DNA of 64,000 nt from Geosiphon pyriformis uo1 (GCA_016748015.1 JAAOMT010000372.1:620001-684000), one strand, 5' to 3'; shown: positions 37,799-51,273, numbered from the stretch's first letter. The notes: generated by a model from the letters alone, not told the origin. A program made the numbers and translations.

Positions 37799-40700
37799 AT
37801 GATGGAAGAGATACAAAAGCTTGTTACGGAAGCAGCCACTCACCTGTCTTCGGGAAAGGTGAAGGTCGGTTCATTTGTTCTTTCTATTTCAAGAACCAAG
37901 CCAATCCCTTCTGCAGCTTAAAAATACGTACTCAAGTTGTTAATGGTCATAATTATAGGATGCATACTTTTCATATATAAGTGCACTCGACCTTGCTTCT
38001 AAAGAGTTGCAGAGGATTAAATTTATAAATAATGGTAAGCGCGCTTCCTGATAGAAAACCCTTCTTCAAAATCGAGTTCTTTCTAAAGATCTTAGTTACC
38101 TCAATTTTCGACTGATATTTTAAAATATGTTACCTAAACAAATTTACGATAGATATTCAAAACTGATGCATATGGGTAGTCGGGAACAAATATTAGTTTT
38201 CTCTTTGCTTTATGATTAACGAATAGTAATTTTATGTAGTGGTGGCCTCAAAACCATCTTCAATAGCTTCAGTCTTCAATGTGTCCCGAACTTGTCTGAC
38301 ATTTGCCGAAGATATTATTGTGAAGCATCAGCCACCTTCTACCTTGCGGAAAAACCAAAACCTCAATATTTCCATACATCTACCCACACCTTCACAAGAT
38401 GAACATTTCTTAGATCAAATACATTTAAAGGCGCCTCCAATACCACCAAAACCAGCTCGAAAGTCGGCAACAAAATTTGAAGAATCACAAATCTCGCCAA
38501 TAAAAGAAAGTCCAATATCTTTACCGTTAACTAAGCCACCACTACCACCCAAACCGACTCGCACTGGCAGTCTGAAGAAAAGTTTGAGGGATGTAGAAAT
38601 ATTAGGAATAGGCATGGGTGCTCTATTAGAAAGAAATGAGAAGATACACATAAATAAAGATAAAGCGGTTGAGGTCGAAGGAATTGAGGTTGAAGATGAC
38701 GCAGATGGAGATGAAGCCGATACCTCGGATGATGATGAGGAGGATGATGATGAATATCTTGGTAGCAGCAATGGAGGTATGTTAAAACAATTATTTGGAT
38801 ATATAAATCATGTGGATTTGCAATTGAAAATATTTTTCATCCTTTGAAATATCAATTAACTTCAACTCGATAGATTCCTATAGAAGAAAATCAGATGAAA
38901 CTTTAAATGTTTCTTTACCGACTCCAATACTACGTCGACGCTCGTCCTCTCCAAACATTTCAATTATTCCTACTAGGCGAAAACCCACATTGCCTGGATT
39001 TCTTACTGATTCTCCAACGGATGAAGAAGGTCCGTATCCTTCACACAATAAAACAGCGTCTCTGGGAGCACCCTTTTTCGGAACAATATCAAGTTTTTTT
39101 GAACGTAGGTCCAGCTCTAATAGGCCTAATATGATACATGTTGTTCCTGAAGGAGCTGTGGATCCCAACAATGTGGTTGCGGCAAATATATTTAAAGAAA
39201 TGGACAATTCACCTAACTCCCCATTTTTAACAAGTTATTCAGATCATGTTCCAGAAATCCCAGTATCACCTCTATTGACACAGCATTCACAATTGGAACA
39301 AAAAATTCGCAGCTTAGAAGCCAAATTACAGGAATACCGCACATTGTTAAGAGTGAAGCTAAATCCAGCAAGCGATTCGGGAAATATGAAAACACCTTAT
39401 TTGGATCTATCGGAGGAACAGATTAAGGAAGCCATTAAAGAATATGGAAACTTATTAGCAACTTCTAAGGAAGCTATTACTAGGAATAGAAACCTTGTAT
39501 TTAAAGCTACTGATCCCGAGATATTGGAATTCGCACCGCACATCATTGCTTATCAATTAACATTGATTGAATTTGCGATATTTCTGGAAATTGATCCCCA
39601 ATCACTGCTCGTGCATTCGCCCAAAAACCCTGACCCCAAGATAACAGCATCTACAGATCTTTTTAATTATCTTACTCGTGTTGTTGAATATTCCGTCCTT
39701 TTGCCGCTAGAAGCTTCTGGACGAGCATTGGTGATTCATTATTGGGTTAAAGTTGCTGTAAAGCTGCATGAATTACGCAATTATCAAACATTAAAAGCTG
39801 TGCTTGCTGCATTGGGGACACCTCCGATCAAAAGATTAAAAAGAACATGGGTGTGCATTCCCAAAAAAAGTATGGCGAGGTTAGAAGTCTTGAATGAAAT
39901 TATGAGCGAGACAAGAAATTACGGAAAATATCGAGAAACAATTCAGCAGGAAGGATTTTATCGCAAGCCAACTATTCCGTTTTTAGGCACATTCATCATG
40001 GATGCCACATATTTATTGGCAGCAGTCAAATCATCTGGTTTGACAATTAGTAGCAATGTGCCAAACCCCTCAGAGTTGAACAGTCTAGTGACATCAATTT
40101 CTTCACAATCAAATCAACAAGCTCAGGATGACATTAGAGTTCAAGATTTATTGCAAACAATGAAACGTTATCAAGATGGTCCAAAATATCAGGCTAAACC
40201 ACCTATCTCATATATCAAAGCATCAACAAAACATCATTTTCGAACAGCGAGTATTAGTGCTGCCTTATACCGTAGTGGAAACAAATATCATCACAGAAAC
40301 GAAGTACATGAGACAATTGATGAGCAGCAACAACTGATAACTCATTATTTATTGACACGAATCTGGCTTCCTGAAAAAAAAGTGGATGAATTGAGTTTGC
40401 TACGTGAGCCACCAAAACAAAAGAGTAGTGGATCTAACAGTCAACGCAATAGTGGTGGTAGAAACTCGGGAGGAACACTGAATGGGATGAGTTTAATATC
40501 GAATTCTAGTAGCATATTTCGCGAGAGTACGGGTAGCACCGTTGGTGGAAGTGGAACAAGTACAGGGGGAAGTGCTAGCACCAGTAGTGGGATGGGGAGG
40601 ACAAGTTCAATAAGCGGTAGTGGAGAGTCACGTCCAAATAGTATAGGGGATGGATTGGAGAGTATCTCAGTTTCACATGTGACAAAATTAGAGAAAGCAA

Positions 40701-41461
40701 CACCCATTAGTGAGAAAGAGTCAGGCAGCGGAAAAGAAAAGGAAAAAAGGAATATTACTGAAAAAGTCGGTAATTTTTTATTTCGACCACGAACCAGCTT
40801 AGATCGATCACGGGATGAGAAGGAAAAGCCAAAATATGAAGAGGTAGAAAAAGAAAACGTCGAAAAACCCGAGCATAGTCGTGACACAGAATCAACTGTT
40901 ACGTACGCAGAGGTATTATCCGGAAATAATCCACCATCGAGTAAAAGGACTAGCTGGCGAACAGGTGCAATGCGAGTAATGTTCGGTGGCTCAGAACCTA
41001 CCGAATTATCCAAAACTCCGGTACCCATAGGAAAGATAAGCAATATTGCCTCCGGAAACGAAGATCCCCTTAAAAGTCCTTCCGCTATGTTCAATAAATC
41101 GCCCGCACGTAATACATCTTCTATTTCAACGATAAGTAAAGCTTTCCCTTACTCCTCATATGCTTCCCGTCGTTCAATGGAAGAACCACGTTCGGCTACT
41201 CCCCCTCCGCTACTTCCAAAACCGGCCGCACTATTGCAGCGAAGCGCTAGTGCCTCATCAGCTAGTAGTCGTAGCTCAAACACCAGTATAACTAACACCT
41301 ATGCGGTTACTACGTCATTGGTCAGCAACAATAATTCTTTAAATGTTGTTACCGATCTTTCGGATGATGTGATAGAAGAAATGCATATTGCAATAGCCAG
41401 AAAGGTTGCCAACGAAGTGGTTGCCGCCGGAGGTGCAAGTGTGGAGAGAAGTCGACAATAG
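37799..41461 (+). CDS. RasGEF (CDC25-domain) protein with N-terminal MIT-like helical domain, Pro-rich linker and Ser-rich tail
   Basis: CDC25 motifs IAYQLTLIE, IHYWVKVAVKLHELRNYQTLKAVLAAL...PIKRLKRTW, NYGKYRE, PTIPFLG. Two small upstream exons found by hand give MMEEIQKLVTEAATHLSSGKVK|DAYFSYISALDL...; start codon inferred. Confidence 0.88.
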
Positions 41462-42621
41462 TCGGATTGCTGATTCATCTTGATTCTTTTGTGCACAGAT
41501 TGATGTGTATGTGTGTATATGTATTGTATATATGTGATGTCAAATTTATATATGCCTGTAAATATTAAAAACTTTGGCAAGAATCTTCTCAACTTCTTGA
41601 TACCCAACGAAACAATGTTATCATTGTTGTTGCTTGTACAAAAAGTTTATAGTAGAGAGAAGTTTTTGTATACAAATCAAATGGTGCAAGAAAATCGTGT
41701 GATTGTATTTTTTGTGACCATTAATATTTGTTTTTAATAAAAACAAATATCAATAAATAAACCAATTTGATATTCGAGAATGTTTATTTTAAAAATTGTC
41801 GATGGTTTCAGTATTATATAATTATCAGGTTAATAAAAAAAACAAAAAATCTGCAATTGTAGTTTATTAATACAAAAACATTTGAAATATAGTTATAGAA
41901 ACTAAAATAACATGATAATATTAATATTTTGTATATAAAATATAAAAATAAACAAAAATCTTGAATAAGAATCAAAATTAGTCAAAATAATTAATTAAAT
42001 TAAAATAATAATAATAATTAATAAATGACAATATAATATAAAAATTATATAAACTTCAATGTAATAAAAAAATATAATAATATATAACAAATAATAACAA
42101 TAATATTATATTAATATATGTTTAATTATTAATTAATATTGAGTAAAATAACAATTAAAAATTACAAATTATTTATAGTAAAACAGCAAAATAACTTTAA
42201 ACTGCTGATAAACTACCAAAAATTTTTAAATAATTTTTTCATATTGTTATTTATTAATGAAAATTTTATTTTTACGTTATGTTTAAAGAAATAATTTAAA
42301 AATTATAATTAAGAATTTCAAATTAAATTATAAAATATATTTATAACTAATATTATATGGTGTTGTCTTGACGAAAGTCCCGGGTGGCTGGTCACGTGTT
42401 AAAAACGCATGATCCACGTCTATAGTAGCTAGAGTAGACCTCACTTAGTTAAAGCATTTAAAAAAATATTATGTGGGGCGTGCTGCAACAAAACTAAAAT
42501 TCGGATATTTCCTTTAACTCACTTTCATCTTAACATAGTTTTCTGTGGCGGCATAAAACGCTTGTGACTTAGAGAATTTTTTTTTCACCGAACGCGCATC
42601 AATTGTTTGTTTATCATCGAA

Positions 42622-45310
42622 ATGGAATATCATTTACCAGAGAACGCGAAACAATACCTACGCTACTATGGTAAGAGACTGTTTTGACCTGGCTAAAAAT
42701 ACCGTTATTCACTCACATGTTCTGGTATATAGACTACTGGAGCCGACCTCGAAACGAATGGAATCTGCAGACCTTCAATACTTACTTGGCCCAACACGGA
42801 ACTGTCGACAAAGCCAAAATTCACAACGCCTTTGAGAGAGAGATTACTGCACTCAAGAAATTGTTCGCGCGCGGACATCCCATCAGGATGCGTCTGAACG
42901 AACTCGTGGGGCAACTAAAGGTGAGATGTAAGATGGCGGTACAGATAATGGCGAGACGCTACGAGAGTCAGTGCAAAGTGTTTCCTTGTCGTTTAGGGTG
43001 CTTCCCTGGCGTTTTCTGCTTCAATGCAAGGTATTTCCTTGTCGTTTAGGGTGCGACCCTGGCGTAGCAAGCAGCTGAGCCTCCGGGCGTTTTGTCTTCC
43101 AAATTCACTCCCGAAATTTTTTAGGGGCGAAATTTTTCCTAGTAACAATCTCAATTTGCTTCTTAGACCCGGCGCGCTCAGCACGAATATGAAACGATAT
43201 CGATGAAGAACAAAATGTTAGAAAAAAAGATCGACTTTGCAAAGGTTTGTGCTTATCGATTTGTCGTATCTGTAATCGCGAGTAAAAAACTCATTTCTTC
43301 TGAACGTTTAAGAATTCTGTATCTCTAAGCGGATATCGTCGGATCAACGAACACTACGAGAATTTTCATGCGAAACTGTTGAATGTCAAACGTTCTACAA
43401 ACAAAGAGGATGATGAAAGTGATGAAGGCCAGGACGAGAACGGAGATGCTGAAGAAGATGAAGACAACAATCCTTTTCTAGTCCAATTAGAGGTCTGCTT
43501 TAAACCACGCTGCTTCCACTATTGTAATATGGTGCTTCATTGATTTTAGTTTTTTCTTATCGTCTGTACCTAGGGAAAAGAGCAGGAGGATGACAATTTC
43601 GTTGATGATGGGAACAAGCCGGAGCATGAGAAGGAGGATGCTCACCTGACTTGCAAAAGAAAATTGGAAGATGGTTCAATGTCGGCGTCCATAGAAGAAT
43701 TTACCAACACTTTCAGAGCCATGCTGAACGAGCGAAAATGGCGGCTTTCGACGGGCAAATTGGTTGAGGATGCCCTGTATGAGTTTGGATCAAAATGCAT
43801 GGAAGAGCAGTATGTGTCAAGCTTGACTTGATTTCTGATACTTCATTCCAATTTTTCACGTTACCCTGTTTTGCCATCGTATTAGCCTGTCTCATAGTTT
43901 CGTGCTAGACCCGGATGACATCTCCTATGCCAATGAAGGTATTTTTACAATGGCCGAGTTGAACGAGATCCGTGCACATAAGGAGCGTAACCTCCCTGAA
44001 ATGCCGCAAAACCTTTTGAATTACCTAATGACCTATGCAAAGGTATATGAGAATCCAAGCGACATGATATTATTACTGAATGTACTGTTGTCCTCATCTT
44101 ATACAACATGGTTCGTGCATAGAGCACAGTCCGAGAACTTCGGTGTGCTCTTCGGCAGCCTATTGGTCTCGTGGATGACAACTTTCTTCGTGAAATCTAT
44201 CATGACTTCGATTGGTTACAACTGGCAATGCACTCCCTGTGAGTAATGATTTTTGGTGTCCTCGACCTATACGGCATGCACAACTAATGCTAGATATCCG
44301 CTACTACCTCAAAGCGTGCGAGAGTATGAAATTGGCAGTCTGAAAGAAGACCACCATGAACAATGGTACAATCTTCATCTCTGGGGTCCAATCGTGGACC
44401 AATGCTTTGCTGATGTAATGAACATGGAGGCAGTCAGGTGAGTTATTAAGAATGTATTTTTTCATCCCTGAGAAATGATTTAACATTCGGAACTTTTGCC
44501 AAACGATCTATAAGAGGGGAATCCTGTAGTGTAGCATCAGGTCTACGAAAGAACGCGAATCGCACGGTGCCGGGAAAGCATATCTTGAAGAAATTGAAGA
44601 TCGGGCGGAAAGGAGACCTGGTACTGCGAACGACCGCGAATCTTGAGTTTGGGGGAGCCGAGGCGGGAAGATTCTACAAGTCTAAGTGCGGGACGAAGTG
44701 GATAACGGAGAGTGGGCTCAAACTTCCGAAAATGCTCAAGGACATGCTCTTACAACTGGCAAACGAAGTTGGCTGGTCGGTACATGTGTTGCGAGAGTTG
44801 AGAACGTTCGGGTTTATGCAGGGTGGTAAGAAAAAACTCAATGGTTAATGTTACTCCTCTTTTCCTCTTTTTTCTTTGGATCAACAGTAAGACTTACACC
44901 TTGTTCTCTTTGAGCCCGTCACCAGATGATCATTGAGCTAGACTGTCCAGAGGGGTACGTCTGTCGTATGCGCAGAGGGGAAACCTTCAAAGTTGCCAGT
45001 GATGCGATCACGCATATGAAAGAGACGTTGCCCCTCATGGCAGTTACATGGAAGGTCAAGGCAAGTGGATGGGCTCGTTGAACTTTTTAGTAAGCAAAAT
45101 GGCCGCTACTGTCTAATATTTGCTTGTCACTGATAGACCGCTGTGAAAGAATGCCTTGAAAGGGTGTTGACGCACATCAGTAACGACAGCTCTACGGAGG
45201 AAGTGTTCGAGTTGGTCAAACATGCTGGTTCAAGCCGTAAGGATGCGGAAAACATCATGCAAATTCATGGTTGTTTACAAACACCTCATAAACGTTCGAA
45301 GAAGCTCTAA
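42622..45310 (+). CDS. Multi-exon, GC-rich gene encoding a putative PD-(D/E)xK restriction-endonuclease-fold protein of a family common in Mucoromycota
   Basis: ATG at 42622, stop at 45308-45310. Motifs WRLSTGKLVEDAL, HSFVLDPDD, EQWYNLHLWGPIVD, RGESCSVAS.LRKN, GRKGDLVLR...EFGGAEAG, KLPKMLKDML, LDCPEGYVCR, C-terminal TPHKRSKK. Fold assignment is inference from motif spacing. Confidence 0.7.
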
Positions 45311-45399
45311 ATCTGAAGTATTGTTTGCATTGTATTTTTTTTCCTGTATCACCTTTTCGCTTGTCATTTTTTCTTGTGTCTTCTTACATCAAGTCCACA

Positions 45400-46190
45400 A
45401 TGGAACCCAAAAATTATAGTACTATTAGAAGTATTTTGAAAAGAGAACAAGGCGAAAAAATTGCTCTTACCAAAAACTATCTGAGAATATTTAGATAAGG
45501 GAATCATTGCCTATGAGATTTATCAAGAAAGGTTATCAAATGTGCATCGGAAGATTCAAAAGTCAAAGAAAAAAAGAGTGAAAAATTCCACGAGTATACA
45601 TATTATGGAGTATTTTTTAATACACAATACACTATGTAGAAGAAATTTAACAAAACCAAACAAACTGCATAAAATATAAATATGATGAATGACAAAAACT
45701 TAACTGAATATGAAAAGGCATTTTATATTTTAAAAGTTGGATGCAGTTGTGGTTGTTTTTTCAAAGTTTTCAAGAAAGCATTTGTTGAGATTTAAAACTT
45801 TTCAAGTGTTTTTTAAGCCTGAACAAATCATTTTTTTAATGATTTAACTTAAAATTATAAGTAATAAATTTATAAATATTAATTACCTTTTAAAAAAAAG
45901 CTTTTATTAATGAAAAAAATTATACTGTTGAAACTGTAATTTATTTTTTTGCCAGAAAACTTACTTGAATATGTTAAAGATTAATTGAGCTTATTTTAAA
46001 ATATAAAAAGTAATTTAATAAAAAGTAATTTTATATTATAATACTATAATAATATAAAATAAAACCAATATAAAGATGGCTATTATAATAAAAATTTATT
46101 CTTAAATTACATTAAAATTTACAACTTACTTAGTTTAATAAAAAGTATTAATTAAATTATTTAATAAATTATTTTTTATTTATAAAAATG
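45400..46190 (+). pseudogene. Degenerate N-terminal fragment of a Cys-motif DNA transposase-like protein (possibly Sola-type)
   Basis: Reads MEPKNYSTIRS...EYEKAFYILKVGCSCGC...FCQKTYLNMLKI with increasing stops and frameshifts. Family call is from recollection only. Confidence 0.4.
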
Positions 46191-47021
46191 GATGAATCTA
46201 GTTGTAACAATCTGTTACATAAAACAACCTCGAAAATAGCTTTAATTAAGATCGAAAATTTTATTAAATTTTAAAAAAATAATATGTAATAATAATGTGT
46301 ATTAATTATTTTTATTGGACAAATTAAAGTTGAATTATTAATTTTACTAGAAATAAATACAATGTTTAGTTATTACAAAGTAAGAAATAAACAAATAATT
46401 AACTAAATTTTACTTAATTTTAATATTTTGTACTATTGTGTCTTAAAAGATCATATTTACAACAAGTGTATTTTGTGTATAGTTTTTTTTTTTTAGCAGA
46501 CTTATAACATTTGGTTTTTGGGTGTTATTTACATTATAATACTAATAGATTTTCAACTTGCTCAAGCTTATTTTCTTTATTGGCATTATTAATTTAATTG
46601 TTCTTTAGGACTTGGTCTTAATTTTGAAATATAAGCACTACTTTTTTATGTTGGCCAATAAATTGTCTTAATTATATTATTATTTACTATAATTGTTATA
46701 TACAATAGTAAATTGAACAGTCTGTTATGTAAATTTTTACATTTTATCATATTTTTGTTTTTTTTGTATTACAAGACATAAAACATTAGTAATAATTTTA
46801 AATACAGTTAAAAAATTTGGAATTACTATTTTGTTAAAAGAATTTTTTGCAGTTTTTTGATTTGTAAAGCAAAAAGCTTTAGTAACTAAATTATTGTCTT
46901 TTTTTTATTAGTATACTATTATGAAAGTATTATTTAAATATAAAATTCCACGATTTTTGATTATAATATTACTTAAAAATAATAGTAATAAACAATATTA
47001 TGAGATATACTAAACAAATAT

Positions 47022-47838
47022 TGTTATTCATAAAAAGTAGAAATTATAATAATAAGTAAAATAACTAATTAGAAATAAGCATAATAAAAGAAAAAATTTC
47101 AGAATTTCTCTTAAGAAATTACAAAATTTTAGAATTTCTCTCAAAAAATTGCAGAATTTCAAGGAATCTTGTATAACATAAATTATATATATATAGTAAA
47201 AGTATTAAAAGCAAAAAAAGTAATTCCAAAAAAATTTAATAAAATAGATAAAATTTATTAAAGTTCAAAACAACAATACTCTTTTCTTTAAAAAATAGTT
47301 TTTTATAACTTAAAATATAATTATTTTCATATTAATAAAATTATCTATTATTATCCTATCTATGTTTTTATTACTTAATTAAAGAAATATTAATTTATTT
47401 CATTCTATCAATACTTTATGTTGATAAAATTCAATACTTAATTATATTAAACCAATAGCTCTTAATTATGACTATTGATAGAATACTAATTTCTTATTTT
47501 TTTATTTTTTTATTATTTTTTTTTGTTTTGTTTCTTTGTTATTTACTAATTAAATTAAAAAAATTAAGTACTGAATATTTAATATCAAGAATAGCTTGAT
47601 AAAAGACCTAAAAACAAAAGTAAAAATTTAAGAATAACTTAACAAAAGAATATAACTGCCAAAATAAACCAGCCATTATATTAAAAAAAAATTCACAGAA
47701 GAAACTATCAATTAAGTCTCTGTTTATTATATAAAAAACTTAATCAAAACCTTCAAAAATTACCATTATTTTCAGCTATTAAGTACCAAGTTACAGGTTT
47801 GTTATTTGTTCTAATATTCCAAATAATTACTTATAACA
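47022..47838 (+). mobile_element. Solo LTR, family A
   Basis: Reverse complement of LTR A, TGTTATT...ATAACA. Flanks ATAT/GCAT are compatible with a GCAT TSD mutated by two transitions. Confidence 0.82.
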
Positions 47839-49724
47839 GCATAAACAAAAGTAAGAAACAGAATCAATAATTATAATAAAATGTGAATGTTTGCTGTTTT
47901 TTAGTTATAAATTTGTGATTTTTTATACTTTTTTAATGTTTTTTTCATCAATTTTAGCAACCATTAATTTCAATAAAATTTGTTTTATGTCATACAAATT
48001 TTTAATAAAATTATCTATTATATTAGGACTAAAATTTTAAATATCAAAATGTTGTTAAATAAATAATTTAAAAAAGTATATTAGGAAATAAATTTTTTTA
48101 TCTTATCATAAACATTAATATTTAATAATAATTAACTTACAATAAAGTATAAACATTGTGTTATTTTTAAATGTTTTATAGATAAAATATGAGACATAAG
48201 ATATTAAGTTATTTGTTTGTTAACTTCAGAAAAGAGATTATAGCCAACTAATATGATTTCTATACAAGATAAAAATGTATAATATTTAAAAAACAATTCT
48301 ATTCTGTCTTATTTTCAAGTTTTGTGTTTATTATATTAACAAAATTACATAAATTGTCATTTGCTGAAAGTATATATTTAATAATATTGTTAAACCTTTT
48401 AATATAAGAAATAGTTTGGGTTTTTACAGTAAATATTTTTGATATAAATACACAAATTCATGTTTGTTAGCTGAAATAAAAAGTTTTCATTAAGTAATCT
48501 TTAATATTAATATATGTTTCAATAAGTTGTAATTATCATTTATAGAAATTTTTTTCACATAAATTATTGTAATATAGAAAAAAATTATGAACAAAGCTTT
48601 TATATTGATTATAAAATTTTGATTTAAGATTTTTTAATAAGTTTTTATTAATGTAAAAAATACAATAAATTTAGTAAGTTATTTTATATATTTGAGCAAT
48701 TGCTGTATCTGCTATAAAATTAACATTAGTAATAAACATTAATAGTTCTGTTATTGTTGCTTTTTTATATATTCTAGAATTTATTTATATGATTCAGCAG
48801 TTTTATTTAATACAAAGACCTATGTGATAAAATAAGATCTTGTGTTATTGTTTATAATAAAAAAAAGAAAAAATAACATCTAATAATAGTTGGTTTTTGT
48901 TGTATTGTTATTTAAAACAACATTATAGTACTCTAACCAAAAAACAACTTGTGCAGAAGACATTCAAAATACACAAGTAAGCCAATTTTTATTAATTTCA
49001 CACTTTATAATTCATTTATAATTATTTGATTTGTAATTTATAAGAGTTGTCAACAAGTAGAATGTATTGTATTTTTCATTGTTATAAACTTTAAATCTTT
49101 GTATTGTATTTGTAAGATTACAATTAAAAATAGATGTTATTGAAAATTTTACTTTTAATAATTTTTTTTAAGTAGTAATTAATAGATTTGCATATTTTAT
49201 AAAAAATCAGATCTTTTAAAAAATATTATTTGAAATTTTTCAATATATTAAAGCATATTTTCTAATATTAAAATATAATAAATAATTGTATGTATTATTA
49301 AAAGTAATAAAAGTTATTTTACATGAGTTTTTGGTACAGTTGACATTGATATATTAACTACATCTTTAATGTTTTAATTTAGTGTTCTGATAATTTTGAA
49401 TGATAATTTTTTTTTGGTTCATATTAATTACTAAATTTGTATTTAAAAATATAATGTTTAATATTGCCATTTAGATATTATTCTAATTTTTTTTAGATAA
49501 CTCCAAATCTTTGTTGTTTATTATAAGTTTTTATAATTATATTAATATTTTTTTATGTTTTAAAAACATAATTAGTACAAAGTTTTATAGTTAAATAAAT
49601 GTAAAAAAATCTGATACTAAATATAACTGAAATTATAATCAAAAATTTTATCTCTATTTATAGATATTTGGTTACTTAATTAGAATAAGTTTTTATTAAT
49701 GTAATTTTATAGTTAATTGGCCAG

Positions 49725-50749
49725 TATTATCTGAGTAAAAAAACTGATCCAAAGTTATAAAAAAATGTAACCAGAACATGATATAATACAGAATAATGTG
49801 CAATAATATTGGATAATACATTATAACTTAAAATAGTGCAGGATAATACAGAATAACACTAGATAATATGTTATAACATAGGATAACTAGTAATAACATA
49901 AAAGAATGAAACAATAACAAAAATGACAAAAGCAATAGTTAGCAATAACAAAACAATCAGAAGCAATCCTGTAAAATCAAAAGAATATATAAAAGCAAGT
50001 AGTTGTAGAAAGTAGAAATAAACAGATAGATAAATATGAACTATTAGACAAAAATTAATTCCTGCTCTTTACCTATTCTCTTAAATTACATTAAATAAAC
50101 TCAAAATAAACTCAAAATAAACTTATCAACAGAAATTCAAAAAAAAACATGAATACATGTTTTTTAAACTTCTATGTTTTAATTGAATTAAATTTTGTTT
50201 CATACTCTCATTTTAGGCCCAATGCTCTTAGCATAAATGCCTTAAATCATTAATAACTTGGACCAATCACTCTTGATCATGGTGATTGATGATATTAATT
50301 TCTCTTTTTTTTCGTTTTTTTCTTTTTTTTTCTTTTTTTTCTTTTTTTCTTTATTTTCTTTGATAGAACAGCAACATAGAAAAATCAACTGTCTGAGAAT
50401 AGACTTTGTGATAGCCTGGTAAAAGAAAGAAGCTTTCTCTAAGTTTTTGGATATTAATATTATCTTGATAGCTTATCAAAAAAGTGAAAAAACAATGCCA
50501 GATTCTAATAACTGTGCTTGTTAGCTTAGAAAAGAAAGCTTATCTTTATAAAAAGTTGTAATTAGCAAGAACCAAAACTCTGTGTCTTATAACCAAAAAA
50601 CTTAATAAATAAATTCACAATCAGTAAATAAGACTTTCAGAGACTGATAATCAAAATTAAGCCAGCAGAATTACATGAAAAACACATCACCAATAATTAA
50701 GAGCACCAAATGTTATCATTTCTCTATCCTACTAAGTTTATTTATAATA
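49725..50749 (+). mobile_element. Solo LTR related to family B
   Basis: Colinear with the reverse complement of LTR B. Termini TATTATC...ATAATA (mutated TG...CA). TSD CCAG (49721-49724 / 50750-50753). Confidence 0.85.
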
Positions 50750-51235
50750 CCAGTTTTATATTAAAAATAGGTTCTAAATTAGGATAAAAATAACTTTAGT
50801 TTTTTAACACATAGTTTTTTACTAAACATATATATATACTCTTCTTTAAAAACAAACTGGTTATTTTATTTTATTTTGTATTTATATTAAAATATTAATC
50901 TTAATATAATACATAATATATAGAGTATTATATTTAAAATTGTCAATATACTATTAATCACAATACTAATTAATACATTTAAGTAAATATTATCTAAAAT
51001 AATTTGAAGAGTCAGACTTTGTGTAATCTGTTGCTTTTAACACTTTAAAATTTATAGCTTATATTTGATACATAAATTTCTATGATTACTTTTATAATAT
51101 ATAAGTTTTCTTGTGATTTAAGCACTGTTTGAAACAAAAAAAACTTCTTGTTGTGCGTCAAATTTAAAAACCATGTAATATAATATATGTGATTTATTTT
51201 TAATTAATTATTACATAATTTAAAACAGATTAAGA

Positions 51236-51273
51236 CGTCGATCACTGTGCCATATATGGCACAGTGATCGACG
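51236..51273. repeat. Perfect 38-bp palindrome
   Basis: CGTCGATCACTGTGCCATA|TATGGCACAGTGATCGACG equals its own reverse complement. Confidence 0.97.

Larger units (their letters stand above)
46400..51200 (-). mobile_element. Degenerate MULE (Mutator/FAR1-like) transposase gene, interrupted by two solo LTRs
   Basis: The - strand ~48980-48620 reads VF*MSSAQVVFWLEYYNVVLNNNTTKTNYY*M...NKTAESYK*IL...FITNVN...YCIFYINKNLLKNL, a degenerate MULE DDE core (FWMS..DNT.KTN..DET.ESY.W..TD..HC.FH). FAR1-like N-terminus ~49530. C-terminal (G)RPK.KRYKS and Zn-knuckle remnant ~46420-46530. Ends approximate. Confidence 0.8.

Noticed and set aside
40441-41094. 217-aa antisense ORF (also 38415-38771, 38878-39207, 58764-59066)
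   Set aside because: Shadow frames of low-complexity regions of the RasGEF genes, with no independent motifs.
46503-46520. TATAACATTTGGT resembling an LTR end plus PBS
   Set aside because: On the - strand it is the degenerate (G)RPKTKRYKS motif of the MULE transposase C-terminus; no matching LTR or TSD.
50635-50700. CTGATAA in LTR B as a possible hammerhead ribozyme core
   Set aside because: All copies show CTGATAA/CTAATAA rather than CTGATGA, and I could not build the three stems with a GAAA.
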